Shown: positions 23,801 through 36,810, numbered from the whole stretch's first letter. The stretch: DNA of 63,208 nt, filler included, from Sphacelaria rigidula (GCA_964200075.2; 7 parts of 7 records of this genome joined end to end with filler, not necessarily neighbours in it), one strand, 5' to 3'. The notes: generated from the sequence alone by a model not told the origin. A program made the numbers and translations.

Positions 23801-26671
23801 CCGCATAACCCAAGGAAGGGCCCCACAAGTTTCGTGGCCAAATTCGATTTAACTGCCGCTTGAATTTTTCAAGTTCACGCCAAAGAAGGGCCGAAACCGC
23901 GGTTTCACCGTGGCACGGAAAAGTTCATCGCACAAACACGAAAAACTTCACGCCGTTTTAAGGAGTTAGATCGTGAAATTTGACACACATGTGCTATGGG
24001 TCATTGCAAAACTTTGGATGAGCAAGGTTCTGAAGAAAATGTTTTACGGGGGTCCGACTGGATCGAAGTTTCTCGAGAAAAAATGGGGAGTAATGGCGCG
24101 ACACCCCCCCCCCACAAACCAGCCCCAATCTGCCACGAAGAAAATGGTCATACAGCGGATGATGGTTTCATTCTGAAGGAAGCGCCTCATGTGAGCCACA
24201 TCAGCAAAAACGATCCCAAGCGTGGGAATTCACAGCTGCTAGGTGTGCTGGGCCTCCTTGGTCATTTCAATCCACATGTTAATTTTGCCTCCTCAAACCA
24301 GCCACATATCTGGGGAGGCTATCGCGGCATCAGTCTGGGACCCTCGAAAAACGATGAAATAAGGCAAAAAAAAAACCAACCTTCGAAAGTTGCGTAATGA
24401 CCCGTAGCACATATACTTGAATCAGTCTGGTTCGGGAAGCTGAAGACGTTTCTTGGGTGCCCGACATGTGCACGTTTTTACGCTGGCCCACGCTCTCACG
24501 GCAACGGAGTTTTCTCATGACAATTGTCCAACATTTACTGATGCCCCCAGGGATCCAGCCGTGTTCACAGACGTACCTGAATTTTTCTTGGCTTGTCGGT
24601 CATGGTATTTGCCTTGCTTTTTGGTCTCGCGGGTACAGTGTAGCCTTCCCAGCCCGCGTCGGCCGCTAGCTCCAATCCGCCGAATCTGGCACTTACTCAC
24701 GTCTCATATCCATCAACGTGCTTTCCGTGACAGGGCCCCTACGTCGGGTAAAACTCGGCAGCTGTGGATTCAGTTCGGATCTCGTTGTCTTGATTTCTCG
24801 ACACGAAATCAACGATCAAGAACCACGGAAATCCGCACCCGCTCCCTCCCCTTGAAAAACAAAACAGGCATACTCCGAGGACGACGAGCTGTACGAGATG
24901 CTCGTCCAGGCGCGTCGCCCGACCTTCCCCTTGCCCACGCGGTTCCTCTCCCAAACCTTCGAGCGCCGCCCGGCCGTTTGCCTCGCCTGCTACTTCGCCG
25001 CCGTCACCCTATTCACGGTAACCGTCGGGCTGTTCACGCTGGCCCTGGCCGCTAGCCCCTTCGGCCGCAACCTGCTTGACGGTTTGGCCTCCGGGCCGTC
25101 CACAACGCTCCAGGCTGCCTCTGGCCGAAAAGGTGGCGGCATGGGTAGCGGGAGAGCGGCGGCAGCGGCAGCCGCGGCGGCGGCGGCGGCGGCAGCGAAG
25201 TCTTCCTTCAGTTTCGTGGGTGTGGTGAAGGCCCTCCGCGATATGCCTGTGTTGGCGGTGGTGATGTTAGTGGTGGTGGTTGGTGCGGTGTTGATGATGA
25301 GCTTCGCGCCAGCTGTTCTGCTAAGGGTGGGATACGAGCGGCGCACGGAGGCGTTCTGGCGCAGGTAACGTACTTATCATATTGTCTGTTCTTGTTGATG
25401 TTGAATACTTCTTGTTGCTGGTGCTGGTGCTGTTGTTTCTGTTGCCGTTTCCGTCGTGGTGGCCGTTGCAGATATTCTTGGTGTTGGTGGGTGGTGGATG
25501 GTGGGGGGTGAATGTTTTTTTCGTCTCCAGGGGCAGCGCGCGGTTTCTAGGATGGCAAGGGGGGTCGGCAAAAGTGTAGACGGAGGCGAATATTCAGTCT
25601 TGTTTTATCGGTGTTGCTCAAAGTTTTTCCGAGCATTCGTTTGCCTCCTGGCGCCATGCTCTGTGTTGCTGGTGCGCGAGCCCAGATATGCTGTTTGTGT
25701 TGGTGGCAACGGGGTTTTGTAGGTTTGCTTGTCGCCCCCATCACCTCATCATGTCTTTTGTACACGAGGTGTCTCCCTATCGTGAGTCCTCTTCATGTAC
25801 CTCATCATGCGTCCGTCCACCGACCCGCTGACCCGCGCGTATTTTTTTATCTATCTCTCGTTTGTCCTGCTTATTATTATTTTCTTCTGGTCGAACCCAA
25901 CAAATGGCCAAATGCGTGAAAACCCAATGGGTTGTTGTATGCCTTTTTGCAAGCCTGTCTATACGACCATACTGAACATGACTGGTTTTCCAACCCGATG
26001 AATGCATCGATTCGTGCCGTGACCGCAGCGTAAAGGCCAGAGACGAGGAACTTGTTCGACTCCGACACCGCGAGCAGACCGCCGCCGGTGGCTGGGGTTC
26101 CCAAAATGCCGCCGCCGCCGCTGGCGCTGGTGCTGGAAGCATCGGCAACCCCGTCTCCGCCGGCGACACGAATACTTCTTCTCCCGCTGCCGCCCGCGTC
26201 GGTGGGGGTGGTCTCGTTGTGTCTCCCGGAGCCGCTGCTGCCGCTGCCGCAGGATTCCCCGCGTCCTCCCCGCGGGGAATATCCCGGGGTGAGCAAGCGG
26301 GCCAGGCGGTCATCGCTCGTCTGTCGCGGCTGCAGGCCACGGCTGCCTCGTCTGTCTCTCCCCAGCCGCCACCTCGCGCACCGCCGTTGCCCCCCCCGTT
26401 GCCTTCCCTGCCCCCGCCGGGCAATCTCCGCGGGGATCCAACGGTACCGCCGCCGCCGCCCCCGTTGCCTTCGGGTCTCGGTAGCGGTGGTCACACGTTC
26501 CAGCACAACCATCAGATGGAAATGAGGCGCTATCAGCACGCGTTGGAGGCCGTAGCGGTTGCGAGGGCTAGGCTTCCCCCTGGCGTGATGGGGAGTGGCA
26601 GTGGTGGAGGAGGGGGAGGGGCGGGGGGGAGAGGAGGGCGTAGTGGGGCGTGTGTGCAGGTGGCGCAATAA
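20845..26671 (+). CDS. Ankyrin-repeat, two-transmembrane protein with Ala/Pro/Gly-rich tail (last 3 exons, 5' partial)
   Basis: Exons 20845-20912, 24868-25364 and 26029-26671 (stop TAA) have consistent phases. The splice gives VRLLLDYGADVEARDTEGNAPQ|AYSEDDELYEML (an ankyrin repeat), then hydrophobic segments AVCLACYFAAVTLFTVTVGLFTLALA and VLAVVMLVVVVGAVLMMSFAPAVLL, then a poly-Pro tail. Confidence 0.75.
21238..21460 (+). pseudogene. Reverse transcriptase fragment, DIRS/Ngaro-like (intronic)
   Basis: TNIDNAVLLPEGKEMTNHVKIVDRWETGDPTPIP...FFTAVYVDDYLQIRVQHSDDD contains the YxDD motif. The family call comes from recalled similarity to stramenopile tyrosine-recombinase retroelements. Confidence 0.55.
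21687..22651. mobile_element. Non-autonomous Tc1/mariner-type element, 965 bp, TA target-site duplication
   Basis: 22-bp TIR caggctgggccgcc(c/g)aagaagc flanked by TA on both sides (21685-86 and 22652-53). It carries two internal palindromic modules at about 21720-22025 and 22090-22345. Confidence 0.85.
22751..22777. repeat. (AAC)n microsatellite, possibly the tail of a minus-strand retroelement
   Basis: Nine tandem AAC/ACA units. Confidence 0.9.
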
Positions 26672-27209
26672 TGACGGGAGTGTATGACGTTGTGGAAGGG
26701 TGGACGAGGGGATGAAGGGGGGTGCGCAAATGACGATGGCGGGCTGTTGGCATTCCTGTACCCCTTCAGCTAAGGAGGGTTATTCACTATTGTGGTGCCC
26801 GGATGATACTACGGGATATTCCGGGCGTTGCTGTGGCTGGGAGGAGGGGGGCAATAATCTGCATCTAGGAGATTCAATCTATTTTGCAACTCGAGCCCAA
26901 ACTCTCACCCACGTTGACACAAATCCTCTTCAAATGTGTGAGGGGGGGGGGGGGGGGCAGGCCCGGGCCCATTATGAGTCGTCCGAAAAAGGGGGTGAGA
27001 CCCGTAGCCGCAACAAGCCGGCGTCTTCGTGCAGANNNNNNNNNNNNNNNNNNNNNNNNNNNNNNNNNNNNNNNNNNNNTTAATTAATTAANNNNNNNNN
27101 NNNNNNNNNNNNNNNNNNNNNNNNNNNNNNNNNNNGGTCATATCTCTTGCTCGCCCCCCCCCCCCCCCCCCGGTATGCACAATACATAATTAGTACGTAC
27201 ACAACGAAC

Positions 27210-30200
27210 CTTGGTGCTGAATGCTTTGGCCTCGTTAGCCGTGATCTTCAGCACCCTCTGAAACGGCTCGGTAGACTTGCACAGAGGAAGGTACACGCAC
27301 TCGGGGATATCGACCCCCATGAGGAGAGACTCCAGCACGCTAGAGCGCTTAGATCGGTCCTCCACGAATCGGAGGGCTTCGCAAATATCCGTCAGATCCG
27401 ACACGAATTTCCTAGTTATATTTTTCAGAATGCGAGTTGGAGAATGACCGAGCCGAAACGCGCGTCAACACATTGTACCGGGCCGGGACACACCGCGACA
27501 GCAAGCATTCTGTTCTTGCTTCAAGCACCAAACACAACATTTTTTACCGTCGTTTGTTTACTCGGAACATAATGTGGAAAATGACCACACCAAAACATAC
27601 GCTACAGAGGCCCTTGCATGCACCCATTTGGTGCCGGATCAATCGGTTCACGGCGTGATAATCTTCTCCGATAAGAAAGGAACACAGGCGCGCCGAAAAC
27701 CTTAAATTATTCACACAGCATTCGTGATCCTCGACCCTTACAAAGTGTCACCAAACCGCAACTCAGCACCCGCAACTGGCCAGTCGCAGCGATAGTAGGT
27801 GAAATTTCGCCAGCAGCCACGTAGGCTATTTTCTGCGTGTGTACCCACCAGTACGGCCGGCTAAAAAGTCTTCAGAAATGGGGCATCTAGTATGCAAATT
27901 TGGTCGCCTGGTCTTTGAATCACACGTCATCATCCATTTAATGAATTACCGATTTTGACGCCACACTGATCTTGTGTGGTGACCCGCGGAAACCAAAATC
28001 GGGGTACCGGGACCCGCATATTTTCCAAACAACTTGCTGACAACACTAAAGACATACGTACCAGGGGGGTTGCCTCAGAAAGGAAGTGGCAAAAACCTCC
28101 GCAGCACAATTACTACGCCGCCAATTACAAAAAGGCGGCGTAAGCTCCAAACCACAACCAGCACACACATACACATACACATACAAAATGGACACGGTAC
28201 GTTCAAACAGTGAAGATGTAGGAACACAAGTACGATACAAACACCCACCTCTCGTCGTTGAAAAATCGAAAACGCTTGTTCCGCTTAGCCTCCATCTGTA
28301 CGATATTCCCCATGTGCATCACCGACCTTCGCGTTTCCGCGGTAGAGGCCAACAACTCCTTCACTGCTACATCCACAGCTGCTGCACTTGCCCCCACGTC
28401 CTCATGTTCGTCCTCCCGCGTCGCCGACGCGATGGCCGACCTGACCAACACCTCTCCGCTGCTCTCCTTGCCACTACCTCCATTTTGCTGCGATCCATGT
28501 CCGCTATCCCGTTCCTCAGCGATGGTGATGCTGGGTCGGGCTTTGGTGACTTGGGAGGAGGAGCCTGTTACCTGCTGCTGGGAGTGCGAGTGGCTGTGGG
28601 AGTAAAAATGCTCCACAGAAGGCATCGCCTGCAGTAATGACACGAGGAAAAACGCACGGACGACCGATGAAGGAATCGTGCGTCGCGCATGGATGTTGGC
28701 GTTAACCTTGACTCACCCGGTACCAATCTGGCCACGGTCACGAGATAGAGAACACGGAATTACTCATCACAAATGGACGAGAACATACTCGCTTAAAAGA
28801 ATCAGACAAGAAATGGGGAAAATATGAAATTGGAAATTTCGATAGAAAAAAAAACTAGGAAAACCAATAGAAAAACACAAGTGCACACGTGTAAAATTGG
28901 TCGCAGAGTCAGCGAGGATCGACGTCGCAACCGCAACACCATTTTTATACCTCCTTCGTTTGTGGATGGGAAGGAGGGACTGAACACCCGATAACAAAAG
29001 CACTTCCCCGCAACTGTTTTCACAACACTGCACTAGTTGGAACCAAAACATCACGTTCACTACTGCTGTAGATCCGAATAACTACCAAAATCAAGACAGG
29101 GTTTTCCTCGACCGTCGTTTCGTGCTGCCGTCTGTACATCAGACTTCTCTTCGGGAGCACTTGCTGTCCATGGATAGAACGTCCAAAAAGAGGCGCTGTG
29201 GTCAGCAAGATCAGCAACGGTTCCAAATTTTGAGACGGAACACACCCAGCACCTTTGCTTGCTTCTGAAGGCTAGAGACCCAAGCCTCCTTTCCCGCCTC
29301 GTCGTCTGCCCTCAGCCGCATGTTTCCCATGGGGCTGTGCACCTCAAAGTAGTGAGGATATTTTCCGTCCTTGTAGTTGCACACCTGTCACCCGTGTATA
29401 TATAAGTATTCATCGCCACGCGTAAGTCAAGATGAAAATAAAAATACCTCCCAAAACGCCTGATGTTCACCCCAACGATCGTTTGGTTCTTCGTGATTTG
29501 TGATTCGTTCTAACTCCACGCGCCGTTGCATCCGTCCACCGTGTGTATACAGAAATGCTATTTTCAGTTCATGGAAAACAGTAGCACTGTAAAGGATCTC
29601 CAATAATAAAACGCTTGGCGATGTGTCCGGACTGCCGAGGGGCTAAAAGTGCACCTGACTCCGTGTGTGCGGACCCATCCCCTTAAGACTCGAAGGTTCG
29701 AGATAAAGGTACCACACCTATTTTTATCTTCATGTCGAACAGTCGAGATGTCATAATCCATACTTTCACACTAGAAAGGTTAATGAGCATGCTGTACTGT
29801 CGTTGTTTGCCAAACTGAGTGTTAGCACTTGTGAATTTCGCCTCATCCGTGAGTAAACGTTGACCGATCGCTACAGAAGGTGACCCTAGATGAGGTACGG
29901 TATCGTCCCAAAGCTATACCTCATAATGGTCATACTCCACATCCTCTTCACACGATTTATCGACACTTTACCCCATACATTTACAAAGCGGTGGTAGTCG
30001 GCGATTACAGACCTTCTTGGGATATACAGTCAAACCGTGTACACCTTGTACAGGGTCACCGCTGTACTACCACGATAGAAGACTTTAATCAGCGGAGGTA
30101 CAACCGATTAAGAACGTATCACGTCACGTACGTACCACAACGGATGCTTGGTAGAGAACAGCTGCCCTCTTTATACGGCTTCCCTCCTTCGACTCTCCTT

Positions 30201-33200
30201 GATCCTTGTAACAGTACAGCACTCGATCCTCTACCTCGAACCATCGTCGCAACCAACTGCCAAAATCGCGGCAAACAATCACGCATGCATCGTGTTGTGA
30301 TCAGGTGGGGAGAGTCACCAGATAGGAAGGTGTGTGACTCCTCGTTGGGTAACGTATCACACTGCATACTATGAGGGGAACGTAGACAAAAACTCGGAAT
30401 AAATTGGTTTTCCCTTTGCTAAGTTCTTCAATTGAATCAGGACCTACGTTCGCTGAATGGAAGGCAACCCGTGCTAACATCCCGACCCTGCGGAATTACA
30501 CGGCATATGATTTGGCCATCATCCACCGCATCAAAGCACTGCTGTACGCATTCACACACCCAACTTCTCTCATTTCGAAGCAGTAGCTTGACTGCTGCTA
30601 GACTCATCAGAATTTCATAGCAAGCTAAACACCGCTTCTCGTACAGGAATTTTTTTCTCGACGGGAACAAACTCATCTCAAACAACTGCTGCCTTCACCT
30701 CGATTTGTGCGGGAAGCCTCTTTTGTGCCATCGCTTGTGCCACAGCCACCCCTTCACGCGCAGATTGTCAGACTCCGCTACGATCCCCTCCTTAGGACTA
30801 CTGATCACCTGTAAGGCGCAGGATAGTTGTTTTGGGGGACGTGAACGTCACGTGCCGTTTTCAGGCAAGCATCATCATCACACTCAGCGCCGTCGCACAA
30901 TATTGTCCCATAATCATTCGAATAGATGAAAGCGATCGTCATTCGGTGAGTATCATGATACGATTCCGAGCGAGCCCCCTGTTTCAGCAACCCATCTATT
31001 GCTCTGTAGGCAGACCACAATTCGACACCGGTTTTCAGCAACGTACTACCACATGGTTCAGGGCTGTTCCCAATCCTCTGCGCTGAATAAATAGCCACAG
31101 GAATGACCTGACGTCGTTTGTACACAACGATCATATACGTGGCAGGATCCGGGGCTGCACCCATATCCCCGCAGTAGCGATACACTCAGCGACCGGTCCC
31201 ACGTAGCATGAAATGCTGTTGGGCTACCGATCACCTGTAAAATCCATCACACTGGAAGTGTAGCAATGGAGTACGACCAAACTGAGCGCCTCATCACGAA
31301 TATCCCAGAGTTTTGAAGTGGGCCCGAGGATAATTCTGATTGAACCATCACTTCAACTCATACAGAAAGTAAATGTAAGCAGTACTTCTTTTACTAATAC
31401 AAGCCCATCATCGAGAGTGTCCAGGAAAGTCACCTTTTCTGCCTGTTTTTTCCGCTCTGCAAGTCTCCTCGTTTCCACCTCATTCCTACTAAGCTGTCCC
31501 GTAGCGTACAGCTCCTCCAACTCGGCAGCAGAAGGCGCACCGAGGGCGATGATGCGCTCAACGTTCTGCTCATGGAAAAAACGCGTGGAGAAAATAGAGG
31601 GAAAGCCGAAGACCGTCACCAGCATGTGTGTTTTCAATGCACTAGTATACCCACCCAGACCGGTGATGGGGTAGAGAACTACGTCGTTGTCGTTCGCCAC
31701 ATTAGGCATGACGATATCAGCCCAGCGACTAGAGGAGATCGAGGAACTGCCTGCAACACCCGCTCATGACAGTTAAGTACAGTATGGTACGGTACGGTAC
31801 AGTATGGTACAAGCAACTGCATCAAGGATGAAGCGCGACGAACACATCCAAGTCACCTTACGCAAGACAGCATTTCGACGTATCATTCGTCAGCATGAGA
31901 CCATTTTCACTCAAGGCCCGATTGTATTCATCGTGTACATCCGCATCCCCAGAACGGCCAAGTACGAGAAACGAAAGCATCACTCCTCACCAGGTCCATG
32001 GAAACGCGCGGCGATACTCTTCACTTCACGAGGTGTACCCGACAAAAGACAGCACTTGGTAACAGGTACTCCCTTTGGGCGGATTTATAAGCAAGGTTCG
32101 GACCAAAAGCGGTCCAACTCGGGCATATGAAGGTCTTTTTCCGAACCGTTTTCTTGTTGTTTTTGGACCGCCGCTGCGAAACGCACAGAACCGCTGTCTT
32201 TCAGAGGTTGCACCGAAAAATTTCATCACACCCCAGCAGACGTTGCTCGGAATCATCACCCCAATTTTGGACCACCGCCCAAAAGCCTTCCCATCTGCTG
32301 GTGAGACATGTCTTCTGCTGAGAACGCCTCTCAGGGGCAAAAACGCAAGAATTTGGATGATCCACAGAGAGAAGAAGTCATTCGGTACCTTTTGACGCGC
32401 AGCATCGATGGGGTTTTGAAGCGTGGTCTACGGTGCCCCAAACCGGGGATGATAATGACGTATCCCCCCCTTTTTGAGAGGGGACTCTTCATTTTTTTGC
32501 ATCAAATGTCGTGTCTGATTCATACGAGGTATTCCGGGTTGTGAAACCTGTGACGGGGCTTGTTGATCCGTCGCTGGGAACAAAAAAGCTGGATCTCCAC
32601 CGAAATAACTGACAAGGGGATTTTTACGCACAATCCCCCCCCAACCTCATCGACTTTTTTTTGTCCAATGTGGTACCTGATCATATACAGACGTTGTCCG
32701 ATGGTCCACAGTGCCCAGACGACCCGTTTTGGGCCATATCATACCAACCTTGTTTATATTCCGTTTTTCCGAGCCTTGCTCATAAATCCGCCCAGAGGGA
32801 GTAACATGTAACATGCCATTACACGTTCGGGCGGGCGCTACGAGCTCGTAACAGCTGCCTGTTTGAAAAGGTTCTACTACAGCATGAGCGACATTGCCCG
32901 CCACAAGCTAAGCGACTCCGATCCATCACTAGGCCGTCTGCTGGTAATTTTCTCCATGGGTCATGGATGGCAGCTCGTCCTAACCTGCAGAAGCTTGGCG
33001 CATCGATTGAAGTACGTGGTATTGGCTTTTTTGTTGTGACTCCCGTCCGGGAGCTCGGCGTGATAGTCCTCTAACGCAGCTACCAGGATCCAGTTCAGCT
33101 GAAGGGCCACGTGCAGACTGACAACGTCCACCACGAGAGCGGGATCGCATCAGCCACAGACATACGAGACAACGAACATCGTGAGAACAACGGAAATATG

Positions 33201-34717
33201 ATTCTCAAACCCTTTTGAGACGTCAAAATGGAGCTAGTGTCGAGGGATACGACCCTTGAGGACGTTCCAAATATTGGTATTTGACGGAGAGACGATGCCG
33301 ACTTGTTCATGCAAATATGAGGCGACAGAAAGCCATTGACCTTGTGCACATGGACAGCAGTTACAGTACTGTTATGGGGGTGAACGGGGACCATAATCAC
33401 CAAAAACCGTGCGCATATGATAATGAGGAATAATGAAGAAGTCATCGACTGGCCGGACCTGTGCCGAACCTCCGCAGAACAGAGAACATGTTACTTCTCA
33501 AGTTACCTCGGTTTAGAACGCGACAGCTGTAATATTTTCCATCGCGTCGCTCTCGAGACAGGAAGAAAACCGGCCTGTGGCACTTCACAACCCCCCGCAC
33601 ACACACTACACCTAGTCACTCGCGCCGCGGGTTCGCATAAATTCGCCACAGCGGACACGAAAAGCCCCAAGACGTCGGAGGAAACGCGTTTTGCAGTACA
33701 TCTTGTGTTTGGTCGGCGGTTAGCAGAGTGCTGCGGCCTCTGCGGCACGCGCTACGGAAATCTGCCCCGCGAGCGAGTAGGTTTGGAATGTGGGAGGCGC
33801 ACGCATCAAACCGCAGTCCAACCCTCTGCTCGGTTGCGCAGAAAAACGCCTTGAGATCGGCACAACAATATACTGCAACAAGATGGGCACAACTGCAACA
33901 CGAACAGTAGTATATGTCCTCCTTTTGTTGTAACCCTGTTTAGAGATGCGAGGTATAATCGTATTACTACGCATGCAAGATCATGAGTACACTCCCTCCC
34001 CCCGCCCAAACTCACGACGAGACTATTAACAGCCAAGGATTGAAGCGTTCCGGAAAAGTTTCCGAACAAGGATAACTCCAGTGCATTTTGGAACTAGCTG
34101 TCCCTACTCAAGCCTACGGTTCGGCTCATGCTCAAAAATGGTGTTACAGCGTAAACGTGGATGTGACACAAGGATGGAGCATAGGTGGGTCTACATGGAG
34201 GATATTTTGGCAACTCAGCACCAAAATACTCGACGGGCGGGCAGCGATCGGATCCCTCTCGTCCCGTTAGATGCCAGATTTGAAGCGGTCCAACCGCAGA
34301 GAGAAGCCAGAGTACTCAATACAACCAAAAACGAAAAGACTCGTGTGTTGACCTTCCTCCTGTGTCACCCCGGCTGGTGCGCCCACATATACCGAAAGGT
34401 GTAGACCGGCGTCCAGAATAGATGGGACAACACACACACACTTCCTGGAGCCCAGGTCTATCCAACATGGCCGTTGTTGTGCACCAACATGAAGGTTGAA
34501 GCGCGGCACCGTGCCATCGTTTTCTCGCGGTGAATGGTCAACTTGTGCCCCCACCCCCGAGCAAGCGTATGTGGATTGCCCACCTCTGTTGGCAGACAAC
34601 CAGAGCAAACTGCTCCAGCGCAGAAGATGGAAGGTTTACATCCAAGTGTATGATCATATGAGCCAACTGCGGCAGGTAGAATTCGATGCCGTTAAACACT
34701 CTTCGTTCGTTGGAATT
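27210..34717 (-). CDS. PI4KB: Phosphatidylinositol 4-kinase type III beta-like protein with internal PH domain (8 internal exons, partial at both ends)
   Basis: Exons 34717-34584, 33117-32985, 31565-31434, 30808-30699, 30256-30136, 29384-29253, 28628-28249 and 27411-27210 are all GT-AG and phase-consistent, giving 448 aa with no stop. Helical-domain motifs: IEFYLPQLAH..SLHVALQLNWILVAALEDY. PH motifs: KGWLWHKR..WLRRWFEVEDRVLYCY..YFEVHS..LRADDEAGKEAWVSSLQ. Pre-catalytic motifs: FFNDERKFVSDLTDICEALR..VYLPL..VLKITANEAKAFSTK. Confidence 0.9.
32069..32801 (+). mobile_element. Internally deleted DD39D/plant-type mariner (Stowaway-like TIRs) in a PI4K intron
   Basis: TA|ctccctttgggcggatttataagcaaggttcgga ... 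tccgagccttgctcataaatccgcccagagggag|TA. It retains a transposase N-terminus, KRKNLDDPQREEVIRYLLTRSIDGVLKRG (32308-32430). Confidence 0.8.
34345..34441 (+). mobile_element. Retroposon 3' end with (CA)n tail, shared with 54487-54585
   Basis: ccggctggtgcgcccacatataccgaaagg is identical in both copies, while the upstream bodies differ. Confidence 0.6.
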
Positions 34718-34890
34718 CTGCAACAACAAAAACACGACAAAGCGACAGAGCGACAGAGGGAGAGGACCGCACGACGTAGGCACGCAGCCAAACAAGAGGC
34801 AGGAGGAAGATGAAGGACATGAAAGGTGACAAAACCAGTCAATAGCGACACTGGCCAGCACTTCAACTTCCTAACCGTCAAGACACCAAG

Positions 34891-35170
34891 AACAATGTTT
34901 TCGTGAGATTGAGAGTGAAAAGCGGTCAATTAATGAATGAAACGTTTCAGTTCCGAAATGCCCCTCCACGAGACCCGATATGCTTTGTGTACCAGCTTGC
35001 CACCGAGGCCCTTGATATCCCTGAGTAGGATACAGAACTGTAGTTGTAAACACACGCCAGTGATGGAGGCAAAGTAACGCACACACTGAATGAAGAATGG
35101 CCAAGTCGAAGCAAATGACCAAAGCCACCCTCAATTAGCGCTCTACTCTCAATCTCACGAAAATGCTTTT
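34891..35170. mobile_element. MITE family A copy, inverted relative to 6469-6768
   Basis: Same TIRs. The internal gaggcccttgatatccctgagtaggata matches the reverse complement of 6609-6636. Confidence 0.8.
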
Positions 35171-36674
35171 TAAGGTAAGTCATCTGGGTCATGCATTAAT
35201 GTTTCGAAGTAAAAGTAGTGCCGAGGCAAGTATGACACACCCCGGCGATCCAAGGGTTCAACTGCCTGTTACGAGTATGCATTGCTGCACGGAATCTCAT
35301 CTACCTAGTATGATATCGTCATGATAAAGGTTTCACTCCTCACTTTCATCGTAGAACTGGTTCAGCTCTCTACACCGCTTGCATTGAGGTGTGAGGGTAA
35401 ATCTTCATGAGTACTATTGCCCGTCCTGATCGAACCTGTGGTACCGCTGCGTGTTTATGGATAGAGGAGGGCCCTTCATGGCTAGGGTAGGTGGTGGTCG
35501 GATTAACAAAACGTTAATCCCGATATTTAACGACCGGCAGCCCAAAGGTAACAAAGGGTATGGTGACGTAGACATGACTTGTGTGATGAAGCTCAGTGGC
35601 GCTGCAAGATATTACGATGTGCGGGTCTGCTCATAGACCCTGGGTTCCGTGACGCGTTGTTACCGCGTTTGTTATTCTCCTTCTCTGAGCTTCCGGCGTG
35701 GCCTAGGACTATTCCAGTATCAAACGGTCGGCTGGGCTATGGCGATGTCACTTGAATCCCAGCTGTACTGTACTCGGGTAGTCTTGGTAGAAGTACCATC
35801 CACTTGGATGGTCACAACATCTTGCAGTAGCAGTAAAGTTTAACGTAGAGTGAGGCGAAGGTTTGGATCTCAGCCAGTTGCTCGCCAAGTGGAATCATCC
35901 AGGTCGTGCTGCAGTAAATTTCTTTTGACGCTTTTGGTCCTGTTCGTATTGGGATGGAATAATGTGGTCCGACTGTCGTCATTTGGGTGGAGAGAACGGG
36001 GGTTCAATTCCCGATGCGTTGGGTTTTTTCTTCGTAGTGGAGGATTTCGAGCGTGGAAAGAGTGAGAACGTGATTAAACNNNNNNNNNNNNNNNNNNNNN
36101 NNNNNNNNNNNNNNNNNNNNNNNTTAATTAATTAANNNNNNNNNNNNNNNNNNNNNNNNNNNNNNNNNNNNNNNNNNNNTAGAACGAACCCCAGCGTAGG
36201 AATTCCCAGCTTTTCGTTGTGCTCGGCTTTTCCCATTCCGATTTACGTGAAGATTTTTCCTCCCCGAACCATGGACGTTTTGGGGGGGGGCTATCGTAGA
36301 AAGTGTCGCGGTAGGGTAGGGTGCAAAGTAGGGCAATCGAGGTCTCGATACCCTGAATGCCTTGGACTACGGAGTATTTTCGATGGTCCATGCCCTGCGT
36401 CCCCTGGATTGCTGACTATCTTCGGCAGTCAACACTGTAGCCTCCGTCCAGTCGAGTACCGGATATTGTAGCACTCCGAGTACCGTGCCTCAGGATGACG
36501 GGTATCCCAGGGTACGTACCATACTCGGAGCACCTTTGTTGCTATTGCACAGGGTGCGTGTAGCCTGAAGCTGTGTATTCGCCTCTTTTCGCCTAACCTC
36601 TCTTGTCGGCTGCACTCAATGACTGGCCCTCGTATTTGATGTTACAATTGAATAACGTATACACGTATGCCCAG

Positions 36675-36810
36675 GCCAAGTCGAAAACAGACCGGAACCC
36701 AGAGGCGTGGGCAGAAGGGTACGTGGTGGAGGATCTGGTGAAGCAATCCATTGCTGTGGGAATAGCTCGGGAAGCGAGGGCTAGGCAGCTCACATACGCA
36801 GGCACGGGCG
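36675..36810 (+). CDS. Probable isolated internal exon of an unknown gene
   Basis: cccag|GCC...GGCG|gtaagt. Only one frame is open: AKSKTDRNPEAWAEGYVVEDLVKQSIAVGIAREARARQLTYAGTG. Confidence 0.4.

Noticed and set aside
25777..26668. Long minus-strand ORFs (215 and 263 aa)
   Set aside because: They are antisense shadows of the GC-rich terminal exon of the plus-strand ankyrin/TM gene.
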